NCBI GenBank assembly: GCA_017541975.1
Contig: JAFXYB010000022.1
Location: forward strand, 8,679 to 72,678
From: a bacterium
GTDB taxonomy: Bacteria > Bacillota_I > Bacilli_A > Izemoplasmatales > UBA1188
Length of the DNA stretch: 64,000 nt
Reading direction: 5' to 3'
The notes under the pieces were generated by a model, which was given only the letters and a program-made list of their open reading frames with translations, made no database searches and was not told the DNA's origin. Positions 1 through 9,946 of the stretch are shown one piece after another. A program made the position numbers and the translations under genes. Positions within the stretch are counted from its first letter, which is position 1. The number at the start of each line of letters is the position of its first letter.

Positions 1-3000
1 GTTAGTCTTAAATTAGACAAAAACGAATTTACCTTTACATCAGGCGGTACTACATTAAAAGGTACTTACTCTTTTGATGGCACAAATCTTGTTTTAACAT
101 TTGAAGGTGAAACATCTAGCGTTAATGTTACATTTAGTGCTAATACTGTTTCATTCACTTATAAGGGTCAAGCATATACTCTATATAGAAAAGTTAACTT
201 TACTGTTAGCTTTAGTGGAGCAACTGTTCAAGCCCAACAAGTGCAAAATGGTCAAAAAGCAACTAAGCCTCAAAATCCAACAAAAGATGGGTATTACTTC
301 CTTGGTTGGTACAAAGATAGTAACTTTACTACTCCATTCGACTTTGATACTGAAATCATCACAGCCGATACAACTATCTATGCTAACTTTGATGTAAAAT
401 CAGCATCTACTGAAGAATTCACAGTAACTTTCAATACTGGTGAAGGTGGACCAACAGTTAATAGTGTTGAAACAACAAACAACACTGTTTACAATTTACC
501 AACAGTAGAAGTAACTGGTAAGACATTCCTTGGATGGTGGGTATCATACTATAATGATGCTACTAAGCTTTCATATCAATTTGAATCTGGAATGAGATTA
601 TATGAAAACACTACATTATTTGCTGTTTATGGAAGCGATAATATAGCTGTTTCTGTAGTTGGAAATACAATAAAATGGGACTCTAAAGGTGTTGGTAAAT
701 CTTACACTGTTACTATTACAAAAGAAGGCGAAGAAGAACCTGTTTCAACAAAGAGTGTTTCTACTACTAGTGATACATTCAACTTTGCTAATGAAGTTCC
801 TGGTAATTACACAGTAACTGTTGCTACTGGTTCAAATACTGGTACTGCTTACGTTTTAAATAAAGGTTTAGCAAAAGTTTCTAAATTCAGTGTTGATGAC
901 TTCACATTAACTTGGAATAAGGTTCCTAATGCAACTGATTATGCATTATCAATCAATGGCGGAGCTGCAACTCCTCTTGGAGATGTTAATACATTTGATT
1001 TCACAAATGTTCAAATGGTAGAAGATGGATTAACATTCGTTGTTACTGCATCTGCAAACAATTATTTAAGCAGTGTTTCAAGTGCATACAATGTTAAGAG
1101 AAGTTTAGGCAAAGTTACAACAGTTAATTATGATCCACAAACTCAAAAATTAACATGGAATGAAGTAACTGATGCTGATAGATATAGAGTTGAAATAACT
1201 TCTGGTGATAATGTCTATAAATTCGATGCAACTACAAATGAATTTGCAATTGATAACTTCTATGGTGCATTATCATATTCAGTTACGCCTTTAAAGGTTG
1301 GCTATTATTCAGAAGCTAAGACTGGTACATTAAATAAAACTGAACTTGCAACTCCAAAGAACGTTGCAATCATCGGTAATGATGTGAAATGGGATGCCGT
1401 TCAAGGCGCAACATCATACACTGTAACAGTTAATGGTACAACTTACACTGCAGAAACTAATAGTTATACTCTTGCTGCTGATGTTATTAGCGGATCTAAT
1501 AGCTTCACAGTTACAGTTAAAGCTAATGGCGCTAACTCAACTTCATCACTCGTTTCTGAAGCTGTAACAATCAACAAAGGTGGAGTTACACAAATTACTT
1601 ATTCTAATCATGTAATTTCTTGGAATTCAATTCCTGGTGTAAGTTCATTCACTGTAAAAGTTGATAACGGCGAAGCTGAAACTGTAAATGATAATAAGGT
1701 AACTAAAGTTATTACAGCTGGCGCTCATACAATCGCAGTTGCTCCAGCTGGTGGCGATTATTTCTCATATCAAGTTACTGTTTATACTTTAACTTTCAAT
1801 ACACTCGGTGGAATAGAAGTTGAAAATTACTATTATGTTGCTGGTGATTCAATTCCAGATATCACTACAACTTATACAGGTTATGATTTTGTTGGCTGGT
1901 TCGCAACTCAAGCTAAAGCTCAAGAAGGCACACAAAAATATAACGAAGTTACATTTGTAACTGGTGATTTAACACTCTATGCAGGATGGCAAGGAAAAGA
2001 ATATACAGCAACATTCAACTATACTGATCTCGGTGTAGAAGGTACTGCTAATCAAACTGTAGTATTTGGTGATCAATTCACATTACCAGTTGCAACATCT
2101 AGCTCTGTACTCAAAGCATTCTATGGATGGTATAGCGAACCAAACAATGCTGGTATAAGATATACAGACCAAAATGGTAAATCTAAATTTGCATGGAGAG
2201 ATGCTGCTAATACAACACTCTATGCTGGTTGGATTGACGTATTCAAGTTCACAGAATTAAATGATGATACATATGCAGTAACTGCTAGTGAAGGTGCACT
2301 TTACTTAAATGAAGTAACAATCCCTGATAAATATAACGGCAAGACTGTATCATTAATCGAAAGCTATGCATTCAAAGATTATGAGAACTTAACTAAGATT
2401 AATATCCCTAACTCAATTGTTACTATTGAAACTGGTAACTCAGGTCCAAACGGAACTGGTTCAGCATTCAAGGGCTGTAAGAATTTAGTAGGTTTATATA
2501 TCTATGCTGTTGATGGTGTTAAACCAGAAGATGTATTATATTCTTCATCAAATGGTTCATTAGTATACAAGAACAAAACAGCAAATGAAGTTGAATTAAA
2601 GTGGATTCCATATGGAACTGTATCAGGAACATATACTATTCCTGAAGGCGTAACAGCTATTCCAATCAATACATTCCAAAGCTGTACTGAAATTACCGGA
2701 CTTGTTATTCCAGCATCTGTAACAACTATCAATGAAGGTGCATTCATTGGTGCATATCAAATTGCTGAAGTAACATTCCAAGCTGCAGCTGAAGGTACAC
2801 AAGAAAAAGCTCTTAACCTTGGCGATAATATCTTTGGAAATAACAGTAAATTAACTGTATTAAATCTTCCAATGAGAGTTGACAACTTCTCAGCTACTAC
2901 ACTTCCATCACTATCAGCATTAACAGAGGTTAACTTTGTTGGTACATTCGAAAATTCTAAATATAAATCAGTTAATGGTGTTGTTTACAATACTGCTGGT

Positions 3001-6000
3001 ACAACTTTAATTTACTATCCACGTGGTCGTGAAGAAACATTCGTTATTCCAACAGGCGTAACAACAGTTGCAACAAGAGCCTTCGAAGAAGCAAGATACT
3101 TAAGAGGTATCACTATTCCAGGACACGTAACAACTATTGAAGATTACGCATTTAGAACATGTAGTAGATTAGATGCAATTACATTCCAAGGTACTGCAAA
3201 TGATCCAAGCTTATCAATTGGTGTTGAAGCATTCTACAATGCTGGTAACTTCTCAACAGTTCTTACTGAACTCGTTCTTCCAGCTAACTTACAAACAATT
3301 GGTAAATCAGCATTTGGTAACATGGTTGCTATTTCATCAGTTAAGTTATATAGCGTTGCTGAAGAATTAAATTTTGCTCCAGGAGCATTTGGTTCTAATG
3401 TAAGTTCTAACCCTGTATTCTATATCACTCATCTCTTCATGAGCAAAGATGTTCATACATTCAATGTTGCTGGTGTATTCGGTTCAACTAAACTAGAAGT
3501 ATTAGAAGTTGAAGAAGGTAACCAAAACTTCAAGGTTATAGATGGTGTATTATACAGTGCTGATATAACTGCAATTCTATACTATCCAATGACTTTAACA
3601 GGCGCCTTCACACTTCCAGCTACAATCACTACAATTGGTGATAGAGTATTCGAACAAAAGAAGATGCCTTCAATTACAATTCCAGCATCAGTAACTACAA
3701 TTGGTGCTTATGCATTCACTAACTGTCCTAACCTCGCATCTGTAACATTCACTGATGGCGGTACAGACGCACTTACAATCGGCAATTATGCATTCTCTGG
3801 CTGTAAGTTATTAACTACAATGGATCTTCCAGATAGAGTATCTACAATTGGTGCTAAAGTATTTGAAAATTGTACAGGACTTACAACTGTGAATATTGGT
3901 AGTGGCGCGTCATTCACAACTGAATCTACAACTATAACAATTGGTAGAACAAGATACACATTCAATACCATTACAGCATTTGATGGCTGTACTAGCCTAA
4001 CTGCAATCAATGTAGCAGCTAACAATACTAAATACTATTCAGCTAGTGGCGTATTATGTGAATACATCCTTGATAACAATAATGAACCTACAGAATTCGT
4101 TAAAGTTGATGTATGTCCATTGGCTAAAACAGGCGCTCTCGTATTACCAAACACTGTAAAAGTTATTGAATATAATGCATTCTATAATCAAAATGGTTTA
4201 ACAAGCATTTCATTTGCAGAAGGTGTTACTTCACTCGAAATTAAACAATATGCATTCAGAGATGCTAAGACTGTTACATCTATAACACTTCCAAGTGTAA
4301 TTTCAACAATTGAAAGTTATACATTCACTGGCTGTAAAGCTTTAACTTCATTCACAGTTCCTAAATCTGTTACATCAATCAAGAGTTCAGCATTCACTCA
4401 ATGTGTTGGTCTAACAACTATCAACTTTGAAGAAGGTGGAACTCAACCACTAAGATTTGAAGATGGCGACTACAAAGGAAGAGCTGAATCATATGGTGAT
4501 TCTGCTGAAAGTGAAGAAGCAGGCGATCAGACACCTATCTCAACATTCGCTGGATGCAATGGTATTACAACTTTAGTATTACCTGAAAGAACAACTTATG
4601 TTGGTACATCAGCATTCGGTGGCATGATGGGCTTAACTAGTGTATCATTCCCATCAACAATCACTTCAATTGGCGATTGGGCATTCTCATTCTGCCAAAA
4701 TCTTGAAACTGTAACATTTGCACCAAATACTACAGGTTTAACTAATATTGGTCAAGGCGCATTCAGAGGTAGATATTCTTATCAACCAACTAAGTTAAGT
4801 TCAATCAATCTCCCTAGTGGTAACTATAAAATTGGTGATGGTGCATTCAAGTACACTTCACTCACTAATGTAGTAGTTCCAGCAGGCGTAACTGAAATTG
4901 GTAAATATGCGTTCTATGCTGATCAACTCTTAACAGAAGTTAGTCTACCTACAAGCTTAATATTCATTAGAGAATATGCATTCTCAAATGATACAGCTTT
5001 AACAACAGTTACTATTGCAAATAATGCTACACTCCAAGGTGTTGGTGCTTATGCATTTAAGAACACTGGTATAACTTCTATAACATTCCCTGCTACTATT
5101 TATCAAATTGGTCAAGAAGCATTCTATAACTGCACTGATCTCGCATCAGTAACATTCGCTTTAAACGGTTCTGGTAAATCTAACCTTGCTCAAATAGGTA
5201 CTAGAGCATTCGCTAATACAGCAATCACTTCATTCACATTCCCTGAATCAGTTGATACTGAAGGCGCTAGCATCAACATCGCTCTTGGTGGCAATGTAAC
5301 TTTAGTAGCTAATGGTGGCGGTGGTTCTTCACAAGAACTCCATTGTCCTAAGTGCGGTGCAACCGTAACTAAGGATGATAAAGTATGTCCTGAATGCCGT
5401 AGTGAATTACACTTTGACGAAGGCGGCGAAGAAGGCGGCGGCAAAGAAGAAGGCGGTAAAGAAGACGGAAAAGGCCTAAAGGGTAAAGAAGAAGAAGGCG
5501 GCAAGGAAGAAGAAAAACCAGGAGAAGGTGGCGAAGGTGGAGGCAGCCAAGGTGGCGGCGGAAGCAGTCAATTCGTAAGCTCTCCAAGCTACTTATTCGA
5601 AGGTTGTAAGAAACTCACTACTTTAGAGCTCTCATCATCTGTTACTTCTATCGATTGCATGCTCGTTAACTGCCCAGCTTTAACAACAGTAACAATCGCA
5701 GCTGGTAACCCTAACTTAAAGGTTGATACTAATACTAATAAGGCTATCGTAAACGTTGCTGGTACAGCAATTAGAAATGTATATGGTAAACTTACTGGTA
5801 CATTCACTATTCCAGCTGGTATTACTGAAATTTCATCATATGCATTCGCTGGACAAACTGAATTAACTAAGATCGTTATCCCAAGTTCTGTATATGAAAT
5901 TGGCGAATATGCATTCAAGAATTGTATTAATCTTGTTGAAGTAGAATTCGCAAACGGTTCAGCTCTCACTAAGATTGATAATTATCTATTCCAAGATTGT

Positions 6001-8832
6001 AGAAGTCTAACAACTATTAATGTACCTAACAGTGTTACTGATATTGGTAACTATGCATTCGCTGGTTGTGCTTCACTCACTACTCTCCCTGTAACAAGTT
6101 CAGTTACTAAAGTTGGTGATTATGCATTTGCAAACTGCGGATTTACAACATTAACAATTCCATCAACTATTACAACATACGGTACAGGCGTATTCCAATA
6201 CAATAGCAAGTTAACAACTGTAACAATTGGCGAAGGTGCTACTGTAACTGGTGCTTATATGTTTGCTAACAACAAAGCATTAGCTAATATCACATTACCA
6301 AGTTCATTACAATTCTTAGCTGAAGGTATGTTCCAAAATTGTACAGCACTCGTTAGTGTATCTGCTACTAACATCTATCGTTTAGGTGGTAATGCTACAA
6401 CAGCTGGTACCGCTAACAACTTTGCAGGTAGAGTATTCCAAGGATGTACAGCTTTAACAAGTGTAGAATTCGGTAGCAATTTCTTCGCAATCGGTTCATA
6501 TACATTCGCAGGATGTACTTCACTCACAAGTTTCACTATCCCTAATTCAGTACAAAACTTAGGTGAACATATCTTTGATGGTTGTACAAATCTTGTATCA
6601 TGTACTTTATCTAATGCATGTACATACTTAGCTGGATCAATGTTCTACAACTGTACAAGCTTAAAATCTATTTCAATGCCTGCATCTGTAAGAAGAATTG
6701 GTGGTACTTATACAACATCTGATACATCTAATATCACAGCAACATCTTCCGGAAATGTATTTAACGGATGTACTAGTCTCTCAACTGTTACATTCTCAGA
6801 AAATGTTGTGAATATTGGTTATGGTGCATTCATCGGATGTACATCATTAAAAGAAGTTACACTTCCACCTAAGCTACAACGTATTTCAACAAGTGCATTC
6901 GAAAGTTCTGGCGTTGAAGTTGTAACATTCACACAAGAAACTCTACTCAATCAACTTGGTAACTATACATTCAGATATTGTGAAAACTTAAGAGAAGTAA
7001 ATGGATTCAAGACTAATACAAATAATAGTTTAGGTTTTGAAACATTCAACGGATGTACATCACTTGCATCATTCAAGATTCCAACAAATACTTCAACTAC
7101 TGGTAATGGTACATTCAAGAATTGTACTTCATTAACAGAATTAGACTTCAGTGCAACTAATATCTATCAATTAGGTTCAAGCGTTTGTGAAGGATGTGTA
7201 AATTTAAGCAAGTTATTATTACCTGCAACATTCCCACAAATTGCAACAAATAACTTTACATTCGCATCTAAGTCATTCATGGGTTGTACAAGCCTTGAAG
7301 AAATCACTCTTCCATATTTGCCAAACGGAAAAGTATTCAACTTCAGTACTTACGCATTCTATGGCAGTGGATTAAAGCAAATCAACTTACCAAGCAATGT
7401 AATGAAATATAACATCAACCAAACATCAGCTCAACCTACTGGTCATGGTATCGATTATGCAGCATTCAACAATTGCCCAGATCTAGAATTAACTATTGAT
7501 CCTCAAAACAATCAATATATGTTAGTAGATGATATGTTCATCGTAAGATTCAATGACTGGCAAAGTAAAGCTCTTGTTGCATGTCCTCCTACAATTGTTA
7601 GTGTTGTAAATGCTAGTGGCGATGTTACTATTCCTGAAGGATTATTAATTACAGGTTATGCATTCTCTGGTTGTGAAAATATCACTTCATTAACTATCCC
7701 AGCAACAATGACTACAATAACTAGCCAAGCATTCTCTGGATATCTTGGTGGAAATATCATTATTCCTGAAGGTGTAACAACTATTTCATCACAAGCATTC
7801 TATAATTGTGCAAATATTACATCTATTACATTACCTTCAACTATTACAAGTATCGCTGACTATGCATTCCAAGGATGTACTAGCCTTAAATCAATAGTAA
7901 TCCCTGAAGGTGTTACTTCAATCGGTAACTATACATTCCAAGGATGTACTTCACTTGAAAGTATAACAATCCCTAGCTCAGTAACATCAATTGGTAACTA
8001 TGCATTCCAAGAATGTACTAGCCTAACATCTATTACATTCCCAGCTGGTTTAACATCAATTGGTAACCATGCATTCGAAAATACTGGTTTAACATCAGTA
8101 ACAGTTGGCTCAGGCGTTAGAGTTGGTACCTTCAATGATGGTCCATATTCTACAGATGGTTATGTATTCGCAGGATGTACAAGTTTAACAAATGTTACAT
8201 ACAATGCTTCAAGCATCAGCAGTAAACATATGTTTGATGGATGTACAAATCTAACTTCAATTACATTTGGTTCTCCACTCACTCAAATTGATGGTTATGC
8301 ATTCTATGGATGCTCTAAGTTAACATCATTCACATTTGCTGAAGGATTAAAGAGCATTGGTGCTTATGCATTCAGTGGAACTGGTTTAACTACAGTTGCT
8401 CTCCCAGCAACCTTAACTAAACTCTGCGATGGAGCATTCATGAACTGTACAGCTTTAACATCAGTTACACTCTCTAGTGGTCTCAAGTACATCGGTAGTT
8501 CAAGTATTACAGCACTCGATGCAACATCTAATGATGGTGGCGTATTCGAAGGATGTACAGCACTCACTACAGTTACACTCCCAAGCACATTATTCGCTAT
8601 CAACGGACGTACATTCGCTGGATGTACATCAATTGCTAGCATCGTAATCCCTGAAAGTGTATCATTCGTTGGTAACGGCGCATTCGCAGGTTGGACTTCT
8701 AGTCAACATGTAAATTCAGTTCAAGACGAATATACAATCACAGGCTTATGGGAATATGTAACAACTTCTACAGGCCTATCTGCATATAACGCTGATTCTG
8801 AAGCTACATTCACATTCGGTTATACAGCTTAA
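1..8832 (+). CDS. Giant BspA-type leucine-rich repeat (LRR_5) surface protein with N-terminal InlB B-repeat (Flg_new) and FN3-like domains; 5'-partial
   Basis: Frame 1 is open from base 1 (VSLKLDKNEFTFTSGG...QQVQNGQK), so the 241 start is artefactual. InlB-like repeats (PTKDGYYFLGWY...TTIYANF), FN3-like units (LATPKNVAI..VKWDAVQGATSYTV), then dozens of LxxIxIPxxVTxIGxxAFxxC repeats. Ends TAA at 8832 with no C-terminal TM. Confidence 0.93.
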   Translation, partial: VSLKLDKNEFTFTSGGTTLKGTYSFDGTNLVLTFEGETSSVNVTFSANTVSFTYKGQAYTLYRKVNFTVSFSGATVQAQQVQNGQKATKPQNPTKDGYYFLGWYKDSNFTTPFDFDTEIITADTTIYANFDVKSASTEEFTVTFNTGEGGPTVNSVETTNNTVYNLPTVEVTGKTFLGWWVSYYNDATKLSYQFESGMRLYENTTLFAVYGSDNIAVSVVGNTIKWDSKGVGKSYTVTITKEGEEEPVSTKSVSTTSDTFNFANEVPGNYTVTVATGSNTGTAYVLNKGLAKVSKFSVDDFTLTWNKVPNATDYALSINGGAATPLGDVNTFDFTNVQMVEDGLTFVVTASANNYLSSVSSAYNVKRSLGKVTTVNYDPQTQKLTWNEVTDADRYRVEITSGDNVYKFDATTNEFAIDNFYGALSYSVTPLKVGYYSEAKTGTLNKTELATPKNVAIIGNDVKWDAVQGATSYTVTVNGTTYTAETNSYTLAADVISGSNSFTVTVKANGANSTSSLVSEAVTINKGGVTQITYSNHVISWNSIPGVSSFTVKVDNGEAETVNDNKVTKVITAGAHTIAVAPAGGDYFSYQVTVYTLTFNTLGGIEVENYYYVAGDSIPDITTTYTGYDFVGWFATQAKAQEGTQKYNEVTFVTGDLTLYAGWQGKEYTATFNYTDLGVEGTANQTVVFGDQFTLPVATSSSVLKAFYGWYSEPNNAGIRYTDQNGKSKFAWRDAANTTLYAGWIDVFKFTELNDDTYAVTASEGALYLNEVTIPDKYNGKTVSLIESYAFKDYENLTKINIPNSIVTIETGNSGPNGTGSAFKGCKNLVGLYIYAVDGVKPEDVLYSSSNGSLVYKNKTANEVELKWIPYGTVSGTYTIPEGVTAIPINTFQSCTEITGLVIPASVTTINEGAFIGAYQIAEVTFQAAAEGTQEKALNLGDNIFGNNSKLTVLNLPMRVDNFSATTLPSLSALTEVNFVGTFENSKYKSVNGVVYNTAGTTLIYYPRGREETFVIPTGVTTVATRAFEEARYLRGITIPGHVTTIEDYAFRTCSRLDAITFQGTANDPSLSIGVEAFYNAGNFSTVLTELVLPANLQTIGKSAFGNMVAISSVKLYSVAEELNFAPGAFGSNVSSNPVFYITHLFMSKDVHTFNVAGVFGSTKLEVLEVEEGNQNFKVIDGVLYSADITAILYYPMTLTGAFTLPATITTIGDRVFEQKKMPSITIPASVTTIGAYAFTNCPNLASVTFTDGGTDALTIGNYAFSGCKLLTTMDLPDRVSTIGAKVFENCTGLTTVNIGSGASFTTESTTITIGRTRYTFNTITAFDGCTSLTAINVAANNTKYYSASGVLCEYILDNNNEPTEFVKVDVCPLAKTGALVLPNTVKVIEYNAFYNQNGLTSISFAEGVTSLEIKQYAFRDAKTVTSITLPSVISTIESYTFTGCKALTSFTVPKSVTSIKSSAFTQCVGLTTINFEEGGTQPLRFEDGDYKGRAESYGDSAESEEAGDQTPISTFAGCNGITTLVLPERTTYVGTSAFGGMMGLTSVSFPSTITSIGDWAFSFCQNLETVTFAPNTTGLTNIGQGAFRGRYSYQPTKLSSINLPSGNYKIGDGAFKYTSLTNVVVPAGVTEIGKYAFYADQLLTEVSLPTSLIFIREYAFSNDTALTTVTIANNATLQGVGAYAFKNTGITSITFPATIYQIGQEAFYNCTDLASVTFALNGSGKSNLAQIGTRAFANTAITSFTFPESVDTEGASINIALGGNVTLVANGGGGSSQELHCPKCGATVTKDDKVCPECRSELHFDEGGEEGGGKEEGGKEDGKGLKGKEEEGGKEEEKPGEGGEGGGSQGGGGSSQFVSSPSYLFEGCKKLTTLELSSSVTSIDCMLVNCPALTTVTIAAGNPNLKVDTNTNKAIVNVAGTAIRNVYGKLTGTFTIPAGITEISSYAFAGQTELTKIVIPSSVYEIGEYAFKNCINLVEVEFANGSALTKIDNYLFQDCRSLTTINVPNSVTDIGNYAFAGCASLTTLPVTSSVTKVGDYAFANCGFTTLTIPSTITTYGTGVFQYNSKLTTVTIGEGATVTGAYMFANNKALANITLPSSLQFLAEGMFQNCTALVSVSATNIYRLGGNATTAGTANNFAGRVFQGCTALTSVEFGSNFFAIGSYTFAGCTSLTSFTIPNSVQNLGEHIFDGCTNLVSCTLSNACTYLAGSMFYNCTSLKSISMPASVRRIGGTYTTSDTSNITATSSGNVFNGCTSLSTVTFSENVVNIGYGAFIGCTSLKEVTLPPKLQRISTSAFESSGVEVVTFTQETLLNQLGNYTFRYCENLREVNGFKTNTNNSLGFETFNGCTSLASFKIPTNTSTTGNGTFKNCTSLTELDFSATNIYQLGSSVCEGCVNLSKLLLPATFPQIATNNFTFASKSFMGCTSLEEITLPYLPNGKVFNFSTYAFYGSGLKQINLPSNVMKYNINQTSAQPTGHGIDYAAFNNCPDLELTIDPQNNQYMLVDDMFIVRFNDWQSKALVACPPTIVSVVNASGDVTIPEGLLITGYAFSGCENITSLTIPATMTTITSQAFSGYLGGNIIIPEGVTTISSQAFYNCANITSITLPSTITSIADYAFQGCTSLKSIVIPEGVTSIGNYTFQGCTSLESITIPSSVTSIGNYAFQECTSLTSITFPAGLTSIGNHAFENTGLTSVTVGSGVRVGTFNDGPYSTDGYVFAGCTSLTNVTYNASSISSKHMFDGCTNLTSITFGSPLTQIDGYAFYGCSKLTSFTFAEGLKSIGAYAFSGTGLTTVALPATLTKLCDGAFMNCTALTSVTLSSGLKYIGSSSITALDATSNDGGVFEGCTALTTVTLPSTLFAINGRTFAGCTSIASIVIPESVSFVGNGAFAGWTSSQHVNSVQDEYTITGLWEYVTTSTGLSAYNADSEATFTFGYTA
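7861..8082 (+). repeat. 69-bp period tandem LRR-unit repeats
   Basis: tatgcattccaaggatgtact-like starts at 7861, 7930 and 7999, with a degenerate fourth at 8068; 23-aa units. Confidence 0.8.
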
Positions 8833-8850
8833 TTGATTATTGCTATAAAT

Positions 8851-8881
8851 ATCCTAGGGGTTAATCGCCCCTAGGATGTTT
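8851..8881 (+). terminator. Stem-loop after giant LRR gene (leaky terminator or mRNA-stabilising hairpin)
   Basis: Perfect 10-bp stem ATCCTAGGGG-ttaatcg-CCCCTAGGAT followed by only a short gtttc tail. Confidence 0.65.
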
Positions 8882-8915
8882 CACGTAAAAAGGCGAATAA
8901 AATAAGGAGGGAAAT

Positions 8916-9929
8916 ATGAATTATCAAAAAGATTTTAAAAATTTATATAATGCGTTTTTGAAAAATGCCATAAAAAAATCATTATTTTATTCATTATTTA
9001 TTAGTTTTGCTGTTCTATTTGTAATATCTTTTACCTTCTGGATTGTTGATGTAAAACAGTTCTGGATAGCATTCATCGTTTTCGGCGCTTTAGAAGCAAT
9101 ACTTTTCTCAGTATTCTTTTATTTCTTTAGACCAACAGATAAAAAGTTCGCAAAAGAATTAGACTCTCTCGGTCTAGAACAAAGAGTAATAACCATGTAT
9201 GAATATCAAGATGATGATTCGCTCATGGCTAAAGTTCAAAGAGAAAACGCAATAGAACATATAAACAGGTTTGATAGTAAGTTATTAAAACTTGTTATAC
9301 CAGTAATACTCCTTGCATTTATGATTTCAGCATGTGTTCTTGGAGTATCTGCGAGTACTGTTTCAGTATTAAGCGCAACTGGTGTTATTAAGAGTGGCAG
9401 AGACACTATTATTGATATTATCCCTCAAGAAGATGTATATTATTCAGTTACTTATACCGCTAAAAAGGGCGGAATAATTGAAGGTGAACTCACTCAAACT
9501 ATTAAAGAAGGTGAAGATGCATCGCCAGTAATCGCTATCGCAAGCCATGGTTATATTTTTGTAACTTGGTCAGATGGTGTAAGAGATCCATATAGACTCG
9601 ATTTGGGTGTTAATAAAACAATTGATGTCTTCGCAAGTTTCATCACCATTGATGAATATATGGAATTAATGAAGAATCCAGGCGAACCTGAAGTTCCAGA
9701 AGAACCTGCAATGGGTAATATCCCAATTCCAAAGGATGAAGGTGAAGGTGACCCAACAATGCAAAGGTATGATGAAAATGCCCAAATAATTGACGGCGAA
9801 ACATACTATGGTGAAAGTGTATTCGATGAATATCAAGCTGATATGATTGAAACACTTGCACAAGACACAGAAATGTCTACCAATACTAAAAAAATAATCA
9901 ACGATTATTTTGATACTATTGAAAAATAA
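8916..9929 (+). CDS. MoxR-operon membrane protein (3 TM, InlB-like domain, acidic C-terminus)
   Basis: RBS AAGGAGG; two N-terminal TM helices then LDSLGLEQRVITMYE..QRENA; third TM; AKKGGIIEG..GYIFVTWSDG repeat-type domain; C-terminal KIINDYFDTI resembles tails of MoxR-associated proteins. Confidence 0.75.
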   Translation: MNYQKDFKNLYNAFLKNAIKKSLFYSLFISFAVLFVISFTFWIVDVKQFWIAFIVFGALEAILFSVFFYFFRPTDKKFAKELDSLGLEQRVITMYEYQDDDSLMAKVQRENAIEHINRFDSKLLKLVIPVILLAFMISACVLGVSASTVSVLSATGVIKSGRDTIIDIIPQEDVYYSVTYTAKKGGIIEGELTQTIKEGEDASPVIAIASHGYIFVTWSDGVRDPYRLDLGVNKTIDVFASFITIDEYMELMKNPGEPEVPEEPAMGNIPIPKDEGEGDPTMQRYDENAQIIDGETYYGESVFDEYQADMIETLAQDTEMSTNTKKIINDYFDTIEK

Positions 9930-9946
9930 AATAGGGAAATAAAAAT

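Noticed and set aside
241-243. GTG start of the giant LRR ORF
   Set aside because: The frame is open and coding-like from base 1; the real start is upstream of the window.
5314-5571. Zinc-ribbon insert as an intein or IS remnant
   Set aside because: No intein terminal motifs, transposase or terminal inverted repeats; flanking GGGGSSQ copies differ in DNA so are not a target-site duplication.
7861-8082. Periodic repeats as a CRISPR array or DGR template/variable region
   Set aside because: In-frame 23-aa LRR units with no unique spacers; no cas or reverse transcriptase gene in the window.
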